A DNA stretch of 47,498 bases from IMG/VR virus record IMGVR_UViG_3300022561_000016, positions 1-47,498 of that record; one strand, 5' to 3'. The notes below the pieces were generated by a model, which saw only the letters and a list, made by a program, of their open reading frames with translations, was not told where the DNA came from and did not search any database. Made by a program: the position numbers and the translations under genes. Positions 1 through 7,019 of this stretch are shown here, in pieces. Position 1 is the first letter of the stretch. Each line of letters starts with the position of its first letter. This DNA comes from a virus.

Positions 1-127
1 TACGAAGCAAAGGCTTTCACCTATGCAGTGCATTGCAGCACTCCCACGCGACGACACGACGGACGACACGGAAGACACCGACGAGATCATCAATGTCCTG
101 AGTGGCAGGTAGCTACCGCGAGGCGAT
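1..127. repeat. Terminal direct repeat, copy 1 (identical to 47372..47498)
   Basis: Bases 1-127 recur base for base at 47372-47498, so the unique unit is 47371 bp. Confidence 0.97.
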
Positions 128-484
128 GAACGCCTCCAGCATGGAGATGACGGTATCCTGATCGCGCGCGTTGAGGCGATCCAGGCCGTCAAGGAATTGC
201 GACACGCGCGGCGACTCTTGGAGCGCTGCGCGTCGTGCGGTTCGCTCGGTGTCGTCCGCGCTGGCGCTGATCGGGTAGCCCGCATACGGTGCCAGATCGC
301 GCGTTTTCAGCCCGAACGCCTTCGCCACTTTCGCCACCTGCAACGGCTTCGGAACCACCCCGTCCTCGTTGTTGAGCCAATTGGCGACCGTGGAGCGCGA
401 CACGCCCGCCGCCTCCGCCAGCCACGCGGGCTTATGCCCCTTGCTGTCCAGCAACTCCCGAACCTTCGATCCCCACGCGTTCAT
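113..484 (-). CDS. XRE/CI-like HTH transcriptional repressor
   Basis: N-terminus WGSKVRELLDSKGHKPAWLAEAAGVSRSTVANWLN is a classic XRE helix-turn-helix. Start taken at the ATG at 484, preceded by GGAGGGG. The gene is divergent from a Cro-like gene. Confidence 0.8.
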   Translation of the reverse strand: MNAWGSKVRELLDSKGHKPAWLAEAAGVSRSTVANWLNNEDGVVPKPLQVAKVAKAFGLKTRDLAPYAGYPISASADDTERTARRAALQESPRVSQFLDGLDRLNARDQDTVISMLEAFIASR

Positions 485-559
485 CGTATTCCCCTCCGTA
501 GCACAGCTCGTGCAACGCAATCTGCCAATCAATGCAACAAGTATACCGCAAATATCTAT

Positions 560-588
560 TTGATTTATTGTACGATTGGCTGTATAAT
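560..588 (+). promoter_or_regulatory. Sigma70-type promoter (TTGATT-17 bp-TATAAT) for the rightward early genes
   Basis: TTGATT at 560-565, a 17-bp spacer and TATAAT at 583-588. It lies upstream of the 625 start in the divergent intergenic region. Confidence 0.6.
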
Positions 589-624
589 ACTCCTAACGGA
601 ACAGAAAACACAGGAGTTGACTCT

Positions 625-843
625 ATGTCTCGCTATCCTGGAAAACCGCTCGGCCTGACCTACGCCGTGCAAGCCTTTCTTGACAAGGAAACGTTTGGCC
701 AAGTGAACGCCTGCGCTACAAAGCGAGGCGAGTACCGGGCCGAGTTCGTGCGACAAGCGATCCTGTTCTTTCTGATCACGGAATGTGCATCAAATTCGAT
801 TGGCTCACGAGTGCAGCCGATTGACGAAAGGAGCGCGCTATGA
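625..843 (+). CDS. Small Cro-like / ribbon-helix-helix-like regulator (function tentative)
   Basis: ATG at 625 with AGGAG at 612-616. The pattern LTYAVQAFLD..KETFGQVNA..YRAEFVRQAILFFL looks like strand-helix-helix. The gene is divergent from the CI-like gene. Confidence 0.6.
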   Translation: MSRYPGKPLGLTYAVQAFLDKETFGQVNACATKRGEYRAEFVRQAILFFLITECASNSIGSRVQPIDERSAL

Positions 844-1094
844 CGACCTCGATCACGTATCACGGCGGCGGCGAGGCTGCCTACCCCTTCCGCGTTGTCG
901 AGGACGGGCTATGGATCGCGTCAGTGGCGTCGTACTCCACTGGCGACAACGTGCTGACCAGCCGCCTGCCGCGCCTGTGCGCGGGTTGCGGCGACCCGGC
1001 GAGCGCGGAATTGTGCGCCGCCTGCACAGAAGATTGTGTCATCGACTTCACGCCGCTTGACGTGGAGTTCGCGCCCGTGGGCTTCCTGGTATAG
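840..1094 (+). CDS. Hypothetical Cys-rich protein (CxxC..CxxC)
   Basis: 84-aa ORF whose ATGA start overlaps the upstream stop. Contains CAGCG...CAAC. Confidence 0.55.
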   Translation: MTTSITYHGGGEAAYPFRVVEDGLWIASVASYSTGDNVLTSRLPRLCAGCGDPASAELCAACTEDCVIDFTPLDVEFAPVGFLV

Positions 1095-1247
1095 CCCGCG
1101 CTTTTTGGGGCCGTGTCGCGCCCGCTGGTTTGAATTAAGCTCTTAGCGGGGCTTGCATTCTCAGGGGGCCAGCGGGCGCGAAGGCCAATTGTCTATGTTC
1201 TAAGTAGAGTATACGACAGCAAGTCGCAAGATAGGGCATCGATAGCA

Positions 1248-1553
1248 ATGTCGGAAAAGATCGCTTGGATCTCGCTCGCACACACCGCGCTCCTATGCCT
1301 CGCCTGGGCCTACGCGCGCTTTCTCGATCAGGGCTGGGTGCATCGCATCTACTCGCCCGATCATATTTGGATGACGGTCGCGGGCGGCGATTTCCTGATC
1401 TGGCCGTTCGTCGCCGCGCTGTATTGGCTTGCGTTCCCGTGGTGGTTGAACGCGATCTTTTACGTCACGCTCCATCTTGCGGCGGGCGCACCGATCATCC
1501 ACTGGCAGCGCCAGCGGGGAACAATGCGCCGTCGTGAAGTCGAGGCGCTCTGA
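1248..1553 (+). CDS. Hypothetical integral membrane protein
   Basis: 101-aa ORF with 3 hydrophobic segments (ISLAHTALLCLAWAY, FLIWPFVAALYWLAFPWWLNAIFYVTL). Confidence 0.6.
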   Translation: MSEKIAWISLAHTALLCLAWAYARFLDQGWVHRIYSPDHIWMTVAGGDFLIWPFVAALYWLAFPWWLNAIFYVTLHLAAGAPIIHWQRQRGTMRRREVEAL

Positions 1554-1831
1554 TGCCACAGCTCAAACGCGGCGGCAAGGAAACACTTGATTCGCTGTTT
1601 AACAAACTTGACTATATTGACCACTACACTGACGACAATCCAGCGGCGGTCAAGAAGTTGACGCGACAGATGCGTGAGCAGTTAGCAGAGGAAGTCAAGC
1701 CGTATCTGATGCGCGCTGCTCCTGACCTGGAGCGGCAAGTAGAGGAACTGCGGCACACGGTCGAGGATCTGGCGCGACAGGTTGCGGAGATCAAGCAGCC
1801 GAACGTGACCCGCTTTCGCAAGGCGGAATGA
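1553..1831 (+). CDS. Hypothetical helical protein
   Basis: 92-aa ORF. Its start overlaps the upstream stop. The sequence is charged and coiled-coil-like. Confidence 0.6.
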   Translation: MPQLKRGGKETLDSLFNKLDYIDHYTDDNPAAVKKLTRQMREQLAEEVKPYLMRAAPDLERQVEELRHTVEDLARQVAEIKQPNVTRFRKAE

Positions 1832-1857
1832 ACAGGCCCGCGCGCCGATGAGGGAAT

Positions 1858-2682
1858 ATGACAACAGTACGGACATTCGGATACGGCGGCGGCGTGCAGA
1901 GCACGGGCGCGCTTGTGCTCGCTGCACAAGGCGCGCTCGATTACCGCATGTTCCTTTTCTGCCATACGGGAGAGGACAGTGAAGACCCCGCCACGCTGGA
2001 GTATTTGGAGCGATACGCCAAACCGTTCGCAGATGCAAACGGGATTGAGCTGCTGACTATTCGCTACACGCGCAAGCGCGACGGCGCGCAGCCGACGATC
2101 TTAGAAGCCATTGCAGCCGGGCGCGACATTATTCCCATGTATTTCGAGATGACGCGGGCCAAAGACCCGAAGCGGAACGGCGAGCCGCAACGCCTTTCGC
2201 GCACCTGTACCGCCGATTGGAAAGCCTCGGTTGCGGCAAAGTGGCAAAAAGAACACGGCGCCACGGCGGACGATCCGGGCGTGCATGGCCTCGGCATCTC
2301 GCTTGACGAGTTCGAGCGGATGCGAAGTTCGAGCGGGTTCGCGTGGCAGACGCTCGACTATCCGCTCGTGCGGATGCGGCTCACGCGGCAAGATTTGATC
2401 AATGTCATTGTGCGCGCGGGGCTGCCTGAGCCGCCGAAATCGGCATGTTATTTCTGCCCGCATCATAGCGTAGCTACGTGGCGCGCGATGCGCGACAAGC
2501 GGCCTGAGCTATTCGAGAAAGCCAAGGCGCTTGAGGCGGATGTAAATGTGCGGCGGGCCGCGAAAGGACTCTCGTCCGCGTACCTCAATCGCAAGCTCGT
2601 GCCGATTGATCAAGCCGTGGCTGGCGAACAGGCCAGTCTAGATTTTGACGACGCCTGCGAATCAGGCTTTTGCATGACGTAG
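1858..2682 (+). CDS. PAPS reductase-like / PP-loop ATP-pyrophosphatase family protein, paralog 1 (DndC/CysH-like fold)
   Basis: N-terminal FGYGGGVQSTG is a degenerate SGGxDS PP-loop. Conserved Cys residues occur at CTADWK, SACYFC and the C-terminal CESGFC. It is a paralog of 13127..13876. Confidence 0.75.
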   Translation: MTTVRTFGYGGGVQSTGALVLAAQGALDYRMFLFCHTGEDSEDPATLEYLERYAKPFADANGIELLTIRYTRKRDGAQPTILEAIAAGRDIIPMYFEMTRAKDPKRNGEPQRLSRTCTADWKASVAAKWQKEHGATADDPGVHGLGISLDEFERMRSSSGFAWQTLDYPLVRMRLTRQDLINVIVRAGLPEPPKSACYFCPHHSVATWRAMRDKRPELFEKAKALEADVNVRRAAKGLSSAYLNRKLVPIDQAVAGEQASLDFDDACESGFCMT

Positions 2683-2742
2683 ACAGGCGAGGCACGGCGT
2701 TCACGCACCGGCCTCGCCCTAGGAACAAAGGGAGTTAGCCCA

Positions 2743-2925
2743 ATGCCCATCACTCATCATAGCACGGAAATCGAAGCCCTGATCAAGGAAGCCAACCGCG
2801 CACGCTTGCTGTCGTGGTACGGCCTGGAGGAGAAGCGCGCAGCCCACGCGGCGCACGCGGACGCGCTCATTGAGCAGCTGCGACGGATCAGCGTCGAATG
2901 GTCAAAGGAGACACGCGGATGCTAG
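2743..2925 (+). CDS. Hypothetical protein
   Basis: 60-aa ORF with AAGGGAG upstream. Confidence 0.5.
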   Translation: MPITHHSTEIEALIKEANRARLLSWYGLEEKRAAHAAHADALIEQLRRISVEWSKETRGC

Positions 2926-3173
2926 AGGAAACAACAGCGCCAATCTTCGGCTACGTCGGACGCTGCCGTACCTGCAAGGCGGCATTAGCGTGGCGGCGTG
3001 ACGACCCTGATCGGCGTGACGACACTGATCGGCACGCCGATGTCGCAAGCATGGTCAGTTTCATGATCAGGTCCGATCTCTATGTGGAATACACGCGCGC
3101 TGATGCAGTCCATATGGCGCGCACACTTTGCGGCTGCAAGCGCGGTCGTCCATGCTGGATAGCAGGCCAATGA
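2919..3173 (+). CDS. Hypothetical Cys-containing protein
   Basis: ATG at 2919, 9 nt after AAGGAG (2904-2909). Contains CRTC...CGC. Confidence 0.5.
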   Translation: MLEETTAPIFGYVGRCRTCKAALAWRRDDPDRRDDTDRHADVASMVSFMIRSDLYVEYTRADAVHMARTLCGCKRGRPCWIAGQ

Positions 3174-3340
3174 GCGACATGCACATCTCAACCGCCGTCG
3201 AGGAGACGCGGCGCTTCGTCGCCAGTTGGCGGGCCTATCGCCGGATGTTGCCGGACTTCACGGACGCACGCATGAAGGCGCACTACCGCCGCCTGATCGC
3301 GGACTTGGCATTCATCATTCGCAGGAGATCAGGGCTATGA
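3170..3340 (+). CDS. Hypothetical protein
   Basis: ATGA start/stop overlap at 3170-3173. 56 aa. Confidence 0.45.
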   Translation: MSDMHISTAVEETRRFVASWRAYRRMLPDFTDARMKAHYRRLIADLAFIIRRRSGL

Positions 3341-3576
3341 CAAACGACGACATCGATCTCCCCACCGCGCGCGAGGTGCAGCCGGGCGTCTTTCTGGCCG
3401 AATGCCCGCACGCGCAGCGCATGTTCCGGTCGTCAGAGTACAGGCGCATACAGGTCGGCGTTCGGCCGGTCGTGTGGACACGCTGCGCCTGCTGCGACGC
3501 CTATATGCGCACGGGCACAGACCGCGACCCGCTCGAACCGCAGTTTCATCTGTATTTGATCGAGGTGCCACGATGA
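3337..3576 (+). CDS. Hypothetical protein (Cys pairs)
   Basis: ATG at 3337 overlaps the upstream stop. Contains CPH...CACC. Confidence 0.5.
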   Translation: MTNDDIDLPTAREVQPGVFLAECPHAQRMFRSSEYRRIQVGVRPVVWTRCACCDAYMRTGTDRDPLEPQFHLYLIEVPR

Positions 3577-3860
3577 AGATTCGTAGTGCCGCCTATCGGG
3601 ACGCCGTGCATCCGAGCAATCCGCACTGGACACAGCTGCGCAAGGAGCGCCGCCTCCAGCAGGGCGGGCGCTGCGCGGTCTGCGGCGGCGTGCTCGGAGA
3701 TCGCTTCGAGGCGCATCACACGAATTACGACCGCCTGGGCCGCGAGACGATCTTTGACATCCGGGTCGTGCATCCGGGCTTTCCGTGCCACTGGCTGGCG
3801 GACGTGTGGCGGCGGCAGGCGGGCCGGTTCGCGCGCTGGTTCTGGAGGTTCGCCCGATGA
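3573..3860 (+). CDS. HNH-like small nuclease-fold protein
   Basis: CAVCGG...EAHHTNYDRLGRE...PCH resembles the CxxC..HH..N..CxxH HNH layout. ATGA overlap at 3573. Confidence 0.5.
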   Translation: MKIRSAAYRDAVHPSNPHWTQLRKERRLQQGGRCAVCGGVLGDRFEAHHTNYDRLGRETIFDIRVVHPGFPCHWLADVWRRQAGRFARWFWRFAR

Positions 3861-3881
3861 TACGAAGCGAAATGACATGCG

Positions 3882-3909
3882 CCTGCGGTGCGCCGTGGCG
3901 GATCAAGAT
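3882..3909 (+). repeat. Direct repeat copy 1 (28 bp exact, CCTGCGGTGCGCCGTGGCGGATCAAGAT)
   Basis: Identical to 4216..4243. This copy sits in a 20-codon truncated version (ATG 3872, MTCACGAPWRIKI...) of the 4191..4313 ORF. Confidence 0.9.
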
Positions 3910-3930
3910 TGAAAGAGCAGGAGGCCGCGC

Positions 3931-4188
3931 TTGACAACAGTGAAGCCGTGGAACCCCGCTGAAATTGTCGTCCCGTCAAGAGTCAACGGGAATGATGCCG
4001 ATGCCACAGTGTATAGCTTGTTGCAAGCTATGGCATCGCCAATGCGCGTGTACTGCTCGCCTGTGCCTTATGCAACGCCGTTGCCGTGTGTTGTCTTCGA
4101 GTGCGTGAAAGAAATGCACGGCCAAAGGACATATCGTGTAATGCTCGTTGAATCTGGAATTTCTTCAGACAAAGAAAGCTACGAGTAG
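3931..4188 (+). CDS. Hypothetical protein in a lower-GC insert
   Basis: 85-aa ORF with a TTG start 6 nt after AGGAGG (3919-3924). It is flanked by the 28-bp direct repeats. Confidence 0.45.
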   Translation: MTTVKPWNPAEIVVPSRVNGNDADATVYSLLQAMASPMRVYCSPVPYATPLPCVVFECVKEMHGQRTYRVMLVESGISSDKESYE

Positions 4189-4190
4189 CG

Positions 4191-4313
4191 ATGACGAGCA
4201 AGATAGCGACCTGCCCCTGCGGTGCGCCGTGGCGGATCAAGATCGTGTTCGGCGGGCGGGCGTTTCGCTGGTGCAGCACGTGTTGGCAATCTCGCGCGCG
4301 GGTGAGCGGATGA
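4191..4313 (+). CDS. 40-aa zinc-ribbon-like peptide (CPC...CSTC), not in the ORF track
   Basis: My translation is MTSKIATCPCGAPWRIKIVFGGRAFRWCSTCWQSRARVSG. Its stop overlaps the ATG of the next gene (ATGA at 4310-4313). Confidence 0.4.
   Translation: MTSKIATCPCGAPWRIKIVFGGRAFRWCSTCWQSRARVSG
4216..4243 (+). repeat. Direct repeat copy 2 (28 bp)
   Basis: Identical to 3882..3909, 334 bp downstream. Confidence 0.9.
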
Positions 4314-4531
4314 ACGAGGAACAACGCTGCGGCCGCTGGGCGTGGGAGTTCGTCACGCGCCACCCCCACGCCCTCACACGCGAGATTGCCGACGCGACGG
4401 CAGAGTATAGCGCGGACGACGTGGCGCACGCCTTGATCACGCTGGCGAGCCTGGGCTACGTCGCACGTGACGCGGGCAGCGGCAAGCGCGGGTGGGTGCC
4501 GCTGGTGCGCTGCGTGGCGGTGCGACGATGA
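4310..4531 (+). CDS. Winged-helix (MarR/ArsR-like) DNA-binding protein
   Basis: Internal ATG at 4310. TREIADATAEYSADDVAHALITLASLGYVARD looks like wHTH recognition helix plus wing. Confidence 0.55.
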   Translation: MNEEQRCGRWAWEFVTRHPHALTREIADATAEYSADDVAHALITLASLGYVARDAGSGKRGWVPLVRCVAVRR

Positions 4532-4547
4532 GAGGCGGCGTGACACA

Positions 4548-4769
4548 TCACGCCGCTCGCAGCCTCGGCTCTCGTTGCCCCGCGCCCGCTTCCTTGCGCG
4601 CCCTAATCGCCTCGGCTACCAATGTCGCCAGCATATTGCTGATTGATCGATTCTCTACGTCTGCAAGCCCCTTCGCCTCGTCAAGCACATCAGCCGGTAT
4701 CACGAGCTGGAACCGCTCGCGCCCGCCTTTTGGCCCGCGCCTACCTTTGCCCTTGTCGCTTTCAGCCAT
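4548..4769 (-). CDS. Ribbon-helix-helix (CopG/Arc-type) regulator
   Basis: RFQLVIPADVLDEAKGLADVENRSISNMLATLVAEAI fits the RHH strand-helix-helix. It is a lone minus-strand gene facing a divergent promoter pair. Confidence 0.7.
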   Translation of the reverse strand: MAESDKGKGRRGPKGGRERFQLVIPADVLDEAKGLADVENRSISNMLATLVAEAIRARKEAGAGQREPRLRAA

Positions 4770-4803
4770 CGCGGATTCTCCTATGACTAAACCCTACTCG
4801 TTG

Positions 4804-4832
4804 AGTATAACTGATCTGTGTTGCGCTGTCAA
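4804..4832 (-). promoter_or_regulatory. Consensus sigma70-type promoter for the RHH gene (TTGACA-17-TATACT on the minus strand)
   Basis: Plus-strand AGTATA at 4804-4809 and TGTCAA at 4827-4832, with a 17-bp spacer. Confidence 0.65.
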
Positions 4833-4836
4833 TGAG

Positions 4837-4869
4837 AATTGTGTAATAGCGCTTGACAATTACACACTT
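4837..4869. promoter_or_regulatory. Inverted-repeat operator AATTGTGTAAT-N11-ATTACACACTT over the -35 of the rightward promoter
   Basis: The arms 4837-4847 and 4859-4869 are reverse complements at 10 of 11 positions. A second perfect palindrome, CTGTATACAG, lies at 4884-4893 near the expected +1. Confidence 0.6.
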
Positions 4870-4881
4870 ATCGTATATAAT
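4853..4881 (+). promoter_or_regulatory. Perfect-consensus sigma70 promoter (TTGACA-17-TATAAT)
   Basis: TTGACA at 4853-4858, a 17-bp spacer and TATAAT at 4876-4881, upstream of 4920. Confidence 0.75.
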
Positions 4882-4919
4882 ACCTGTATACAGATAAGCA
4901 AGCAGTACAGGACACCGCA

Positions 4920-5129
4920 ATGCAGAACCTAGCAAACATCACCCTCGCACAGCTCGAAGGCCAGCGCTTCAACGCAGCGCAAGCGGGTCGCCCGCAGTTC
5001 GCGGCGCAGACGCCAGCCCAGCGCGCGACGGAGCTGGTGGCGCGGATGGACATTGCTCGCCAGCATCGCAACAAGGCGGCGTTCCTAGAGGCCCAGGCGG
5101 AATTGAAAGCGCTCGTTGAGCAGATGTAA
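4920..5129 (+). CDS. Hypothetical helical protein
   Basis: 69-aa ORF, the first gene after the consensus promoter. Confidence 0.55.
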   Translation: MQNLANITLAQLEGQRFNAAQAGRPQFAAQTPAQRATELVARMDIARQHRNKAAFLEAQAELKALVEQM

Positions 5130-5141
5130 AGGAGCGACACG

Positions 5142-5348
5142 ATGGGACACTTTAGCAATCAGCAGATTTCTGAGACGTACTCGGCGGACGTGGACACGCA
5201 CGGCAGCAGCCGCGCCAGCCGCACTGCGTTCAACCGCGCGCGCATCACCGAGGCGCTGAAACGCATTCCGCCAGTGTGCGCGGCGTGTGCGCAGTCTGGA
5301 CACACGATCCAAGGATGCCCTGACATTCGCAAGGAGCTATTCCGATGA
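5142..5348 (+). CDS. CCHC zinc-knuckle protein
   Basis: CAACAQSGHTIQGC matches C-X2-C-X4-H-X4-C exactly. AAAGGAG lies upstream. Confidence 0.6.
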   Translation: MGHFSNQQISETYSADVDTHGSSRASRTAFNRARITEALKRIPPVCAACAQSGHTIQGCPDIRKELFR

Positions 5349-5572
5349 CACAGAACGAGATCAACGGCTTACGCGCCGAGCTTGACACCGCGCATCAGCA
5401 CATTGCGGCGTTAGTAGGCGCAATCGATGAGTTGGACAGCCTAGGCGAGTGGATATGGAGCGAGCCGGATGACGCAACGCTCCTGAGCATCCACCTGAGC
5501 GAGGAGCATCACACGGAATTGACGGATCTGATGCTTGCGGCCCGGACGTGGCTTCGCCGCCCCGCCGCCTAA
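5345..5572 (+). CDS. Hypothetical protein
   Basis: 75-aa ORF with an ATGA overlap with the upstream gene. Confidence 0.55.
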   Translation: MTQNEINGLRAELDTAHQHIAALVGAIDELDSLGEWIWSEPDDATLLSIHLSEEHHTELTDLMLAARTWLRRPAA

Positions 5573-5614
5573 CGACGCCCGCCCCCACGACAACACTGAA
5601 AGGCAACGACGAAC

Positions 5615-5914
5615 ATGGCTGACATCGAATTCACACGCGGCTCTGCCACCGCCGCTGCGATCCTGCTGGGCGTGACCCGCCGCACGGTGTACCGCTGGCT
5701 CGATCAGGGTCGCTTGAGGTGGCACGCGGGGTGCGTCGTCATCCCCACGCCCGCGCCGACGATGCGCCCACGCGGCCCGCAGGCCAGCCCGACGAGCCAG
5801 CGCTACACGCGCGGGCGGCACACGTTTCGCGGGGATGCGTGGAGCATCGAAGCCAGCCAGCGGATAAGCAGCGCCCAGCCCGGCGAGCTGGCGACTGAGG
5901 AGAACGTATCGTGA
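5615..5914 (+). CDS. HTH DNA-binding protein (MerR/excisionase-type HTH)
   Basis: AAAILLGVTRRTVYRWLDQGRL is a typical excisionase-family HTH. Confidence 0.6.
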   Translation: MADIEFTRGSATAAAILLGVTRRTVYRWLDQGRLRWHAGCVVIPTPAPTMRPRGPQASPTSQRYTRGRHTFRGDAWSIEASQRISSAQPGELATEENVS

Positions 5915-6351
5915 CCGCGATCATCGTCGATCTCGACGGGACGCTGTGCGACGTATCGCATCGTGTCCACTTCGTCAAAGCGTCGCCGCCGAACTGGCAG
6001 GGCTTTTTCGATGCCTGCGTTGACGACACGCCGAACCCAGCGGTCGCGGCGCTCGTCGCGATGGCGGCGCGCGCGCACTACGCGATCCTGTACATCAGCG
6101 GCCGGCCGGATTCGCATCGCAGCCAGACCGAGGCGTGGCTGGCGCAGCACGGGCTGGCCTGCCACACGCGGCTGCTGATGCGTCGTGAAGGCGACTATCG
6201 GGAAGATACGGCGGTCAAGCGCGAGCTGTTTGACCAGTACATCAGCGGGCGGTGGGAGATCGCCTTCACGGTCGATGATCGAAATTCCGTGGTCGCAATG
6301 TGGCGCGGCATGGGGCTGGCCTGCTTCCAAGTCAGAGAAGGCGCGTTTTGA
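5911..6351 (+). CDS. HAD-superfamily phosphatase (polynucleotide 3'-phosphatase / nucleotidase-like)
   Basis: N-terminal IIVDLDGTLCD is HAD motif I (DxDxT). Also ISGRP and a C-terminal DD motif (FTVDDRNS). Confidence 0.7.
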   Translation: MTAIIVDLDGTLCDVSHRVHFVKASPPNWQGFFDACVDDTPNPAVAALVAMAARAHYAILYISGRPDSHRSQTEAWLAQHGLACHTRLLMRREGDYREDTAVKRELFDQYISGRWEIAFTVDDRNSVVAMWRGMGLACFQVREGAF

Positions 6352-6435
6352 AGGCGAACGATTATCAGTGGCGTGACATGCCGTATATCAGCGCCTTCGC
6401 CGCAGAGGAGGAGGCGCTGGAAGAAAGACTATTCG

Positions 6436-6615
6436 ATGAATCCACAGCAGCGCTACACGCGAGCCGACCAGGCAATCCGGCACTACCAACGCCTGATTGC
6501 CGGACACCTCTCGCCCGCCCAGCTCCGACAGGCGCGGGTTCAGATCGTGCGCGCGGTGTTCGCTCGCGCGAAGGCACTGCGGGACATCGAACGGACTGAG
6601 GAGATCGCAGCGTGA
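6436..6615 (+). CDS. Hypothetical helical protein
   Basis: Internal ATG at 6436. Third codon positions are strongly G/C in this frame, unlike the overlapping 6300..6599 frame. Confidence 0.45.
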   Translation: MNPQQRYTRADQAIRHYQRLIAGHLSPAQLRQARVQIVRAVFARAKALRDIERTEEIAA

Positions 6616-6628
6616 CAGTGCGCCGATC

Positions 6629-6664
6629 CCGCGCTGGAGGCGGCGAGCGGTCGCGCCAGCGCGG
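6629..6664. terminator. GC-rich stem-loop between convergent genes
   Basis: CCGCGCTGG (6629-6637) pairs with CCAGCGCGG (6656-6664). There is no clear U-tract. Confidence 0.35.
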
Positions 6665-6665
6665 T

Positions 6666-6917
6666 TCAGCGCTCGTCGGGGGCGGCGGGGAGGGGATCGG
6701 AGAGGACGAGGAGATCGCCGGGTGTGCAATTCAAATAGCGACAGAGTTCCGTTATGGCTTTCCGTGGATATTCAGACAACGTATCGTTTGCGAACCCGCG
6801 CACCGTGTACTCATTCAGCCCGGTATCGCGCGCTATCGAACGCAGGCTCGTGCGCTTGCCGTCGCGCCGCTGGCGCTCTGCGAGCAGTATGGAAAGATTG
6901 CTTTTCACGATTTTCAT
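6666..6917 (-). CDS. XRE-family HTH regulator
   Basis: SLRSIARDTGLNEYTVRGFAND is an XRE HTH. ATG at 6917 with GGAGG upstream. Confidence 0.8.
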   Translation of the reverse strand: MKIVKSNLSILLAERQRRDGKRTSLRSIARDTGLNEYTVRGFANDTLSEYPRKAITELCRYLNCTPGDLLVLSDPLPAAPDER

Positions 6918-6990
6918 GCCTCCGTTTGTACCGCATCTCGGAACAAGAGTCAAGTACAGTATACCACACCAACCAATGATTAGTCTAGCA

Positions 6991-7019
6991 TTGCATTCTC
7001 TGATGTTATATGTTATACT
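6991..7019 (+). promoter_or_regulatory. Sigma70-type promoter (TTGCAT-17-TATACT)
   Basis: TTGCAT at 6991-6996, a 17-bp spacer and TATACT at 7014-7019, in an AT-rich divergent region. Confidence 0.55.

Noticed and set aside
1-127. The terminal repeat as a physical direct terminal repeat of the packaged genome.
   Set aside because: This is not excluded, but the length equals a common assembler k-mer. The Mu-type portal, F-like and terminase module suggests headful packaging, so I treat the repeat as a circular-assembly overlap.
1095-1247. Intergenic region with the long-range inverted repeat GCGCCCGCTGG...CCAGCGGGCGC (1118-1128 and 1170-1180), considered as a tRNA or structured ncRNA.
   Set aside because: No cloverleaf, T-loop (GTTCRANYC) or anticodon arm could be drawn, and the loop is 41 nt. 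I leave it as a possible terminator or regulatory structure at most. I could not recognise a tRNA anywhere in the window by eye.
6300-6599. 99-aa ORF overlapping 6436..6615 in another frame.
   Set aside because: It gives a Pro/Arg/Gly-rich product. The 6436 frame has G/C-dominated third positions and a helical, protein-like sequence.
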